DNA from: Octopus sinensis
Taxonomy: Eukaryota
Reading direction: 5' to 3'
DNA: 64,000 bases
Assembly (NCBI RefSeq): GCF_006345805.1
Contig: NC_043007.1
Span: 55,986,001-56,050,000, forward strand
Positions within the stretch are counted from its first letter, which is position 1. Each line of letters opens with the position of its first letter. The position numbers were made by a program, and so were the translations under genes. Shown here one piece after another: positions 39,003 through 50,145 of this stretch. Below the pieces are notes generated by a model. It did not search any database. It had not been told where the DNA came from and saw nothing but the letters and a program-made list of their open reading frames with translations.

Positions 39003-40088
39003 TATGAGTAAAAAGTGGTAGTGATGTGGGCAGTTTGGCATAAATGTATACGGACGCTGTGCTTCTTAAAAAAATAGGTTATGCTAGTATGCAGAGGTTG
39101 GACAGTAGTAATGGAGCGATGTATGGCCGATGAACTGTGAAAGCCTAAGAAATAAATTATCTTTACAGACTGTTTGGAATGGTCTATATACTTGATAGCA
39201 AAGTGTGTAAGAAGTTAAATTAAATGCAGGTTTAGTCATATGTCGATGAAGTTAATGAAGTTGTAACATGTTGAAATTGAAAGAGAGGGATAATGCCAAT
39301 TTTTTTTACGTGTGGTATTTTTGTAGAATTCTACGCATGCGTGAAACAGGGGGCGAAAATGAAACATCAGAAGCAAATCAAATTATTACCCGAAAATGAC
39401 TCCAAAATTATGCAATCCAACCTCGTTTCCGAGGTTATTTTGTTAGTAAAAAAAGAGTTATGCGAAAAACATACTTTATTTGGTAGCCAAAAGATTATTG
39501 AATCTTTTAATATCTTATACGTCAAAATGGGCAACTCAGTTTTCGAATGCATAAGGAATATACGCACACACACACACATACACTCACACACACACACTCA
39601 CACATACACACACACATATATTGTAGCTTTTTGAAAGTGGTGAGATTATGGGTGGATGTTTAGGAAGATGTTAGTGTTTATTGAAGAAAAAACAAAGAAT
39701 AAAATTCTTAAAGATTCGTACTGTCTGTTTCTCTGTGGATTATCAAGACAAGAATGTGGAAAAAGTAAAAAATGAAGAACTTGGGAAAATTAAAATATTG
39801 AGAACGTGTTTTGTGGGCGAAATGCAAATCTCCTGTATGGAAAACTTAAGAATGTGAATAAATTTACGGAAGATATAAGGATTGGGGCACGCAGATGTCA
39901 CTTCAGACATGGTAGAAACAACAGGTATAGGACAGGATATCTGGGATAACTTCCTTGTAAATTTATATGGAAGATCAGGTATTGAAATACTGTCATCACA
40001 AACAGGAATGGCAGAACAGAAAAAGGTAATTTCCATAGGATTTGAGCTGTAATTTTTCATACTGAACTGTTACGTAGTGTGCATGTGT

Positions 40089-40134
<46 letters not shown>

Positions 40135-40913
40135 CTGTCTGTCTGCCCAAGGAAGTTATTTAACATACCTTTCTTAATTCCAAAAGAAGAAAAAGTTGAA
40201 GAATACTTTCAAAATTGTAGTTGAACCGTGATTGTAAAGGCGTGAAGAAGTGTGCGCGAGTATTTGTAAGGTTGATGTGCCCGAGAAACATGTATGAATT
40301 ATCTATATAATTGATAGCAAAGTGTGTAAAAAATGGAATGAAATCCAGGTTTCGTCATATATCGATGAAGTTAGTGAAGCTGTAACATGTTGTTGACAAC
40401 ATAGTGTCTCCTTACATTATAATGAGAAATTGAAAGACAGAGATAATGCTAAATTCCAGGCATTCGTGAAACATCGGACTAAAGTGAAACACTATGGCTC
40501 CGAGCATAAAACCGTATAAGCAAATTAATATATACAGACATGTAATTGCGGCTACTAATATTATTATTTCTTATTTATAATAATGTTCTTTATATATTTA
40601 TAGATAATTTACTTAGTTTGTTTTTTCAATGCGGTTGGGCCCTCAAATGAACACAGCTATTGTGAAGTGAATTATCAGTATTGTTACGAGTAGATCTGGC
40701 TGAAGAAAATCGAGTGCATTTTGGCGTTAAATTCGAAATCATGCTACCAAATTAGCTGCCATTCCTTTTGTAATTTTGCAAAGGTAAGATACAATACTTA
40801 TTCACTTGGTTTTTCTCCACCAAGCCTCTAAAATTTTAATGAAAAATCCTGTGGGTTCGGAGATTTTTACGACTCATATTTTTAACAAAGCTGATGCTCT
40901 TTACTACGTTAAT

Positions 40914-40960
<47 letters not shown>

Positions 40961-41156
40961 ACACATACACACACACATATATATATATATATATAAATTA
41001 ATAATAATAAATGACAACAAAAGAACGAGACCTCGATATTACAAAAATAGAATATACATATATATATATATATATATTGGTAAAAACGGCAAGATAACAA
41101 AAGAAAGAAAGAGACCTCAATATTATGTAAATAGAGGAAATTTATCTGTAAAATAA

Positions 41157-41387
41157 TATGTGACAATTATTCAATAGCCAAAATAAAACTCTGAGTTTCG
41201 GATGCCGAGGTGGAAATCCACAACACCATTTCTTCGGTTACCTGGCCATCTGAAAACCTTTTATCCTATATATATAAAAACCTATATTATCAGATAGCCA
41301 GATAACCGAAGAGATGGTGTTGTCGATTTCCACCTCGGCATTCGAAACTCAGAGTTTTATCTTGGCTATTGAATAATCGTCACATAT
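41157..41387. repeat. 231-bp fold-back element with ~97-bp arms, each carrying a hammerhead-like motif
   Basis: The left arm ATGTGACAATTATTCAATAGCCAAAATAAAACTCTGAG.. is mirrored by ..CTCAGAGTTTTATCTTGGCTATTGAATAATCGTCACAT. Confidence 0.9.
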
Positions 41388-41394
41388 TTTACAG

Positions 41395-41451
<57 letters not shown>

Positions 41452-41489
41452 GTATAGAACAAATCAGTAAGTTATCATAACAGAAATCA

Positions 41490-41865
41490 CTAAATTAAAT
41501 AAACGTTAAGACTACATGCGTTTCGTGACAATATCTTTAAATCGATAATAATAAAATCGATACTATTAAAATTAACGCGATTTAAAATTAATTCGATTTA
41601 AAAATATAGCAACTCTTCAGGTCTAAATAATGATAAAATAAATGTATCTTAACATATAATAAATAAATATAGAAAAATTCGTATCTTCACCATAAATAAT
41701 CGAATAAAATATAACAATATTAATGAAAAATTAAATCATAACTTATCTTATTGAAGATTTCCAGTTAGTTAATAGTATCGATTTTATTATTAACGATTTA
41801 AAGATATAGTCACGAAACGGGCGTAGTCAATTTAATGTCTATTTAATTTAGTGATTTTTTAAATA
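41490..41865. repeat. AT-rich fold-back with ~75-bp arms
   Basis: TCACTAAATTAAATA..GACTAC..TTTCGTGAC.ATATCTTTAAATCG..AATAATAAAATCGATACTATTAA is mirrored at about 41772-41858. Confidence 0.8.
41510..41623 (-). ncRNA. Type-I hammerhead motif with a long stem II insertion
   Basis: GAC-CUGAAGA-G[UUGCUAUA ~75 nt UAUUGUCA]C-GAAA-C-GCAU-GUA-GUC. Confidence 0.65.
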
Positions 41866-41979
41866 ATATTCATTATAGTGTATATAAATTTTTGTATGTG
41901 ATAATAAAGTCTTTCACTATTGAACTACTAAAAGGTTATTTCTCTTAATTATATATATACATACATATACGTATATGTA

Positions 41980-42010
<31 letters not shown>

Positions 42011-42017
42011 ATATATA

Positions 42018-42098
<81 letters not shown>

Positions 42099-42169
42099 TG
42101 AGTGTGTGTGTATACTAGAAAATCTAACTGCAGACTGTTGGTGCTGCACCTACCGTTGCTTTTGGTGAA

Positions 42170-42318
42170 GGTGGAGGTGTGGTTGTGTTTTTCTGGGTTC
42201 CGTCCCCTGAGCGTCTCCTCGAGTAGGTGTCATTTACTACAGCCGACCAAAGCCTTGTTAATGGATTTGGTTGACGGAAACTGAAAGAGGACCGTTATAT
42301 ATATATATATAATATATA

Positions 42319-42366
<48 letters not shown>

Positions 42367-42423
42367 TATATATTATATATATATATATATATATACACAT
42401 ATATATATATATACGTATGTATG

Positions 42424-42491
<68 letters not shown>

Positions 42492-42720
42492 CGTCTGTGT
42501 GTGCCTTTCTGTTTCTGTTTGTCCCGCCCATCACCGCTTGACAACCGGCGTTGGCTGTTTACGTCCCTGTAACTTAGCGGTTCAGCAAAGGTGACCGATG
42601 GAATAAATACCAAGCTCACAAAGTATATGCTGTGGGGACGATTTCTTCGATTAAAAACCCTTTAAGGCGGTGCTCCAGCAAGGCTGCAGTGAAATTTACT
42701 GATACGTGTAAAAGAATAAA
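42170..42720 (+). mobile_element. CORE-type SINE (OR2-like), diverged head and expanded internal microsatellite
   Basis: GCCGACCAAAGCCTTG..GGATTTGGT and the body CCGCTTGACAACCGG..CCCTGTAACTTAGCGGTTC. Confidence 0.8.
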
Positions 42721-42723
42721 AGA

Positions 42724-42788
<65 letters not shown>

Positions 42789-42828
42789 GTATATTCATTC
42801 CCTCTGAAACTGCTCTTATTTTAGCGGC

Positions 42829-42895
42829 CTCACTGAAGAAGTACGGATAGCAAACTAATTTATTTTGCACATTGATACAGAAACTCGAGTCTGAG
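42829..42895 (+). ncRNA. Type-I hammerhead motif
   Basis: CUCA-CUGAAGA-A-GUA[..GCAAA loop UUUGC..]UAC-A-GAAA-CUCGAG-UC-UGAG: palindromic stem III, GUC triplet, one extra A before GAAA. Confidence 0.6.
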
Positions 42896-43429
42896 AATAA
42901 CTACAAACACATTCTTTTATTTTCATTCCCTTTGAAATTGGTCTTATTCGTGTTTTGGGCTGTAAGTGTCCTCTCTATCATTCAAGGTGTCCTGTCAAAT
43001 GTCACCTCTTTCGTATATATATGCGTAAATTTTTTATGCACTATTTTATATGAAAATATGTTGTTTATTAACTTTATTACGTATGCTAGACACCGGTATG
43101 AAATTTTTTCTAAATTTTTTACCCTTAGTACTTTCACATACAGACGCGCGCGCGCACACGCACATATATGTATATATGTGTATATATATGTATAAATATA
43201 TGTTTATATATGTACATTTATACATATACTCTTTTATTCTTATACTTGTTTCAGTCATTTGACTGCGGCCAATATGGGTTTTTTTATGTCCAATAATGTC
43301 GTACTTGTCTACCAGTTGTCAACCATCATATATGACGCAATTTTCACCCGGAAATGGTACTCTGGTTTAGTAGTGCCCGGGCTTAGCCGAGTGTGGAACC
43401 ACTATTTAGCCATTATTGCTCTCAGGTCT

Positions 43430-43945
43430 ACTCTGACTCGGAAAATAACACATGTCAGTGTCACAGCTATGGTTAACTAGCGTATGTGATGATAAACCGC
43501 ATGAGCACGGGGACGCAGAAATAACATTGGTTGGTGCCAGGGCACACAGTAAAACCACCGGTAGTGAGGGACGCCTAACTGTTGTCACAGGATCTTTCAG
43601 GAGAGTGACATTCTGATGTAAAACTTGTGTTTTCACTTGATTACTGGTCCTCTCGCCTCTGTCTGTCACTAGGTAATAATCACGGTGACTCAGTATTTAT
43701 TACTATACCTCAATGACGTACAGATATCTTTTTGTGGTGACCTCTTTTGTCAATCCAGTTACTGAATATCCTATGACAATGGAAGCGTGACAACTATGCA
43801 GACCTAACCAGCTGGAAGCGAACAGTAGTCACCTGTGCTTCATGTCATACAGAGCTGCAGTGAGACCGAATAGTCATTTGAGAGGTCATGGGCAGAAAGT
43901 CAGAAATGCGATTGACAACGAGGAAGCGCAAAGAAGTCACCATAT
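43430..43945. promoter_or_regulatory. Candidate enhancer: unique segment with a dense TGACA/TGTCA cluster, an AP-1 site and E-boxes
   Basis: Ten TGACA/TGTCA sites in 43453-43917, TGACTCA at 43686, TGACGTA at 43714, and CAGCTG/CACCTG. Confidence 0.4.
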
Positions 43946-45399
43946 AAAATGCATGTATATATATGTGTGTGTGTGTATGTACGTGAGTGTGTGTGTGGGT
44001 GTGTGTAAGTGTGTGTGTACAAATACATACTACACATACATATACATATAAGTTTATGTATGTATATTTGTGCATGTGTGCATGCTTCTTTGTCTATGTG
44101 GGAACATCTATATTTATGTAAATATATGTAAGCTCATATAGGTTTGTCTGGCTAAGTATCTGTTTTTTTTATGTAGATAGCAACAATATTTTTAAACATG
44201 GTTTAGTTTAGTGGGTATTTTTTTTGCGGCGAATACCGCTATACGTGCTGTTATTGGTGTTAAAATCTCAAATAATAAATCAATAGAGTTATAATGAAAC
44301 TGGAATTTTTGTTACTTTCTATTCATTTCCTCTTTCTTAAAAAATATTATCGACGTTTAAAAGAGCGTTCATTAATTTTCCAGTTTCTGCAATACAGTGT
44401 CGTTAGAGAAGGTTTCAGAAAGAGCTGACAAATCTCTATTAAATCACAACCGTCAAAACGAAGGGCACATTCGATAATGATGTGCTAGATATGCGATATA
44501 CTCCGCTTTACCTTTAGAAAGGGGGATATTGCAGATCCAATAAAAATATAAATCCAGTAGTAATTTTGTTGCGTCTGCGTCAAGGGAAAGTCATTGTAAT
44601 TGCACTGTGGAGAAATGGGAAGGAAGCTATATCGACGTTCGAAAAGAGTCATTTGTCATATAGGAAAAATTAAAAACAGAAATTGATGGTTAACATAATG
44701 CTGTGTCTGAGATGGAAATTGAATGGTAGAAGGGAGATCATAATTTGATTGAAGTTGTCATGTAAAGAACGTCATATTGTTCTAATATAAAGAGTATAAT
44801 AGTTCCAGTTGTAATCTTGGTTAAGTCTACTAATAGGAAGTCAGTGATGACTGATAACAGATAAGGCATCCTCCTAAGGCATTATTCGCATAGTGGGACA
44901 ATTTTGTATCTGATAGCAGCTCCACACAATATTCAGTTTCATTTGTATACTTCATGAAATAGAAGTACTACACAAAGAGAGGTAGAATGAGAATAAGTGG
45001 ATCAGTCTGCCAAGGTATTTCACAATGAAGAGTTTGTCTGTCTGCTTGCAAGCTATTTCGCAATGAATTTGTCTCCCAATAAAGATTTTGTCTAAATGCT
45101 GGAGATAAGAAATTTACGGTGATTCAGTCAGAATTTTACTTCGATGCGATGCTATAAAAGTAATAATTAAAAAATCTATCATTATTAGGCGCGCAAGGAC
45201 ACATATTTATTACGTGGAGAAATGAGACTTTACAATATTTATCTGATTTTGAAACGGATATAAAGCGTGGGTGAAATGAATTGGCTTGATAGGAAAATCA
45301 GCATGGCCTGAAAATTCAGCTGGTTAGGTGTTTCCTAATCACATCTATTATAAATATCAATCTCTAATATAAGTACATTGCCTCAAATTAAACAATCAA

Positions 45400-45545
45400 T
45401 TTTTACTCGATTAAATCAACTCCAGGACGGGACTAGTACCTTATTTTATCGAGCAGCTAGAAAGATGAAAACCAAAGTCGACTACTGCAGTACTTGAACT
45501 GAGAGCGCAATGGGCTGCAACTAAAAGCAGAAGCTTTTCCCTCAA
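45400..45545 (-). mobile_element. SINE family M, old fragment
   Basis: GTACCTTATTTTATCGA..AAAGATGAAAACCAAAGTCGAC. Confidence 0.6.
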
Positions 45546-46419
45546 CTAGCTGGCAGTTTTGTAAATTACAAATCCAAGGTATTTAATAGTGCGTCTTGCC
45601 TAGACATAAACCACTCGGAGTCAGGGATGGAAATAGTTTCTTTATAAGCTGGAAAGTCAAGAAGGATTATCTCAGATAAATAAATGCCAGCAAAGCAAAA
45701 TTTTTCAATTTTTCTCATTTGTGATCAATCCAACCCACAAATAATCACATGTTTGCAAACACACGCAAATATACGTTTTTTTGTGTGTGGATATGTGTAG
45801 ACATACATACATAGCTCAATATTTTACTGGATATTGTTTTGTGTGTATAAAGAGTAGTAAAGATAACTGATTAGCTCAGTGGTTAGAACATGGGAACGAA
45901 TTCCTTGTATTTGTTCCGGTTTTCTGAGCTCAAAATCAATGAAGAATTTTAACTTTTTGGAATCGGTAAATAAAGTATTGGTGAAGTAAAGTAGATTGAC
46001 GGAATTGTTAGAGGGAAGGCGAACTACCTTACCGCATTTTCTTCGCTTTTTTAGTGTTCTGACGGCAACGTTTGTGAATATAATGATACCAAACCAATCG
46101 GTCATTGATCGACTTTTGACGATCAATGACGCAGAGAGAGAGAGAGAGGAGACATTCACTAGTCAACTATTAACACAAAACCTTGTCCTGGCCAGCGACT
46201 TGCAGAGGAACTTTCCAAATACAACACCCAGATATTCAGTAAAAGTCAATTTGAAGACCATCGGTGTCGATCTATGAATTTTTCAAATTAATTCTGAAAA
46301 TAAACTCGTGTTTATATCGTTATATACAATTGAGCTCTGTCTATCTGTCTTTTCTGTCTTTTCTGTCTGTCTGTCTCTCTCTCTATCTGCCAATTTATCT
46401 ACAGATAAATGGATGTACT

Positions 46420-46900
46420 TTTTATCTTTTACTTGTTTAGTCATTAAACTGCGGCTATACCACTGAACCAAGAAATCGCAGTTTATACAATTGACATTGC
46501 TTGAGATAAGATATTGTAGTAAGCTGAGAGTTTGATAGAAGTAAAGTTTACTTCATGGATGAAAGAAATCATAAGAATCGACCTCAGTACTTATACTATT
46601 TAAAGCCTGGCACTTCTTCTATCGGTCTTTTTTGCCGAACCACTAAGTTACGACGATGTAAACACACAAACTCCAGTTGTAAAACGGTGGTAGGGAACAT
46701 ACACATACGCGCGCGCACTCACACAAACATTTATAAACGACGGGCTTCTTTCACTTTCCGTCTATCAAAATTCAATCACAAGGCTTTGATCGGCTCGTGG
46801 CTATAGCAGAAAATACTTGCCCAAGAAACTGCATAGTGGGACTGACCCCGGAAACATGTGATTGGGTAGCAAACTTCTTACCTCTTACCATATAGCCACG
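46420..46900 (-). mobile_element. CORE-type SINE (OR2-like), interrupted
   Basis: CTTGCCCAAG..GTGGGACTGACCCC..ATAGCCACGCCTG head; tail near 46420-46470. Confidence 0.75.
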
Positions 46901-47449
46901 CCTGATATTCAGGTCAATGTTAACCAGTAAAAGAAAGAAAGAAACAAAACAAAACAAAGAGATAGATAAAATTAGGCAAAGACAAAAAAAAGTTATTCTG
47001 AAAGTTTAAGGTTAAACAGAAATTCTGTAGATTCAGCCCAACACATCCGCTTCCTACTGAATCTACAAATCTCAGTATGTACAATTAACATTGCTTGAGG
47101 TAAGGTATTGGAGTAAGTTGAGAGTTTGATAGAAGTAAAGTTCAGTGCAAGGATGAAAGAAATTATATATCCCATAGTTTTGCATAACAAAACATAATGT
47201 GATGAAAAAGAAAGAATAGAAGACAGAGAGATTCACTATGACAAAGCAAAGGACAAAGAATGAAAAGAAATTATTCATAAAGGAAAGAGAAAAGAGAACC
47301 GAGAAATAAGACAACCAACGAGAATTTACAAAGACAGCTCAAAGTAGAATATCAGCTAAAAGATCATAGATACAAGACAATTGACTCTAAATACTTTAGA
47401 AATGATTCTTTTTCTTTTTTCTTCCCTCCTCCTCCTCCTCCTCCTCCTC

Positions 47450-47499
<50 letters not shown>

Positions 47500-47521
47500 T
47501 ATTATTATTATTATTATTATT

Positions 47522-48096
47522 GAGTGAGAGAGCAGTTCATGCCATCAAAGTGACACTGGGGTAAAATATATGAAGCCCAATATACCCATCATGACTACCC
47601 GTCTGATAAGGGTACACCAGGCACATGCATCACAACCATATGTGCGCGACATGGTGATCTCATATCAAGATAAACGGCACATGACCTTGCAGGTGGGGCC
47701 CAGTTAGAAATTTCTTCAGGTTGAGTAGCCCATCCCGCTCAAAAGGTCCCTGAATAAGGGTTGTTTAAGGATATTGAAAGAACCACCCATGTTTCCCGAG
47801 GTGAATTATTCAAACCCCAAAGAATCCCTCTCAACACATGGCTATGATGCTCCTCCACTACTTCTGCTCGTGATCAGAGATGCACATATCGTCAGCCACT
47901 AAGGGACATGCTCAACTGGTTAAGGTCAAACAACTGACAAGCAAATCTGTGGTATTGAGCAGAATATTTGCTGTAGCCCATCTTTTATACCAAGACAAAA
48001 CAATGTACATGATAACACTTCCAATCAGTTAAGATCAGAAGCCATGAGAGCCACTGCCTGGTACTGCATCAGGGCATTTACTGCATCAGGGCATTT
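47522..48096 (-). mobile_element. 555-bp element with a 17-bp tandem duplication of its terminus
   Basis: ACTGCATCAGGGCATTT occurs at both 48063-48079 and 48080-48096. Confidence 0.9.
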
Positions 48097-48110
48097 ATTA
48101 TTATTATTAT

Positions 48111-48704
48111 TCAGTAGTTTTATTTTTATAGCGTGCTTTCACTTCACTACCGAGCGCAGCTCTGTGTGCCTTGGGTATGTGCTGTGATTTGTTGTGATGC
48201 TCTGATGGTTATTGTATGGAAAGTGTTCTGCGTATGATGTGTGCAGTGCCTAGTAGTGTAATTTTCTGTATGTTATATGTGTTTGTAAGTCCTGGTGTTT
48301 TTGTTATGTATTTGTCTGAATATTTTTTTATCATGCCTAATGCACCTACTATGATAGGAATTGTTTCTGTTTTCAGATTCCACATTCTAGTTACCTCTAT
48401 TTCCAGGTCTTTGTATTTTGAGAGTTTCTCCATTTCTTTTAGAGACACGTTGTCATCAGCCGGTATTGATACATCAATTAGAAAGCATTTTTTCTTCATG
48501 GTCTCTGACAACTATATCTGGTCTGTTGGCCTTAATTTCTCTATCTGTGTGTATCGGCATATCCCAGAGTATGGTTGCTTTCTCGTTTTCTGTGACCTTT
48601 TCTGGTGTGTGCCTATACCATCTTTTTTCTGTTGTTATTCCATAATGTTGGCATAGCTTCCAATGTATGTAGGTTCCAACTCTGTCATGTCTGTGAATAT
48701 ATTC
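48111..48704 (-). mobile_element. R4/Dong LINE 3' fragment, family A
   Basis: RLE C-terminus CFLIDVSIPADDNVSLKEMEKLSKYKDLEIEVTRMWNLKTETIPIIVGALG; 3' end in (AAT)n. Confidence 0.9.
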
Positions 48705-48770
48705 CTTCTTCTTCTTCTTCTTCTTCTTCTTCTTCTTCTTCTTCTTCTTCTTCTTCTTCTTCTTCTTCTT

Positions 48771-48829
<59 letters not shown>

Positions 48830-48847
48830 CATTATTATTATTATTAT

Positions 48848-50020
48848 TCAGTAGTTTTATTTTTATAGCGTGCTTTCACTTCACTACCGAGCGCAGCTCT
48901 GTGTGCCTTGGGTATGTGCTGTGATTTGTTGTGATGCTCTGATGGTTATTGTATGGAAAGTGTTCTGCGTAGGATGTGTGCAGTACCTAGTAGTGCAATT
49001 TTCTGTATGTTATATGTGTTTGTAAGTCCTGGTGTTTTTGTTATGTATTTGTCTGAATATTTTTTTATCATGCCTAATGCACCTACTATGATAGGAATTG
49101 TTTCTGTTTTTAGATTCCACATTTTGGTTACCTCTATTTCCGGGTATTGGTATTTTGAATGTTTCTCCATTTCTTTTAGAGACACGTTGTCATCTGCTGG
49201 TATTGATACATCAATTAGAAAGCATTTTTTTCTTCCTGATCTCTGACAACTATATCTGGTCTGTTGGCCTTAATTTCTCTATCTGTGTGTATTGGCATAT
49301 CCCAGAGTATGGTTGCTTTCTCGCTTTCTGTGACCTTTTCTGGTGTGTGCCTATACCATCATTTTTCTGTTGTTATTCCATAATGTTGGCATAGCTTCCA
49401 GTGTATGTAGGTCCCAACTCTGTCGCATCTGTGAATATATTCCTTCTTAGCCAGCACTGGATAGCCAGAGATAATATGATTTATTGTTTCTTGTTCATCT
49501 CCACATATTCTGCAGTTACTTGTTATATTTCTTTTCATTACATGTTTTTGGTACTTTCTGATGGGGAGGTCTTGTGCTTCAATTAAAAATCCCCCTGTCT
49601 CTGCTTTGAGTCCTGAACTTCTCAACCATTGCTGGGATTTTTCTTTGTCTATTTCTTTTTTGCCATGAAGGGTTTTTCTTGGCATCTTTTTATCATGGTT
49701 CATTGCTGTTCTAGCTTTAGTTTGGATTTCATTTGTTTTATAGCTTTTGTTGTTTCTTCATATTTGTTAGGTGATATGATTTCTTGTTTGTATTTGTCAG
49801 CTTCCTTAAATACTGAGAACAGTTTTTTGTTTTTGCTCGTGTTTTGCCGCTATTTGTATCAGTTTTCCTTCCTTCTGAAGTAACTATTTTTGCAGTCCTA
49901 TGGTGATTATTTTATAGTAGTTTTCCAGCTGTATAAGGCCTCTACTACCTTCTATACGTTGTATATATAGCCTTTCTATGTCAGATTTTGGGTGATGCAT
50001 CCTAGATCCTGTCATTATTT
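48848..50020 (-). mobile_element. R4/Dong LINE 3' fragment, family A (longer)
   Basis: WLRSSGLKAETGGFLIEAQD, CRICGDEQETINHIISG zinc knuckle, and an RLE C-terminus nearly identical to 48111-48704. Confidence 0.9.
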
Positions 50021-50069
50021 TCTTGTTTTTGTTTGTTTTTTGTTTTCTTGCTTCCCTATCTTCTTTTCC

Positions 50070-50144
<75 letters not shown>

Positions 50145-50145
<1 letters not shown>

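Noticed and set aside
45824-46277. Overlapping 93- and 111-aa ORFs in unique sequence
   Set aside because: No recognisable domain, they span a (GA)n tract, and they lack convincing starts.
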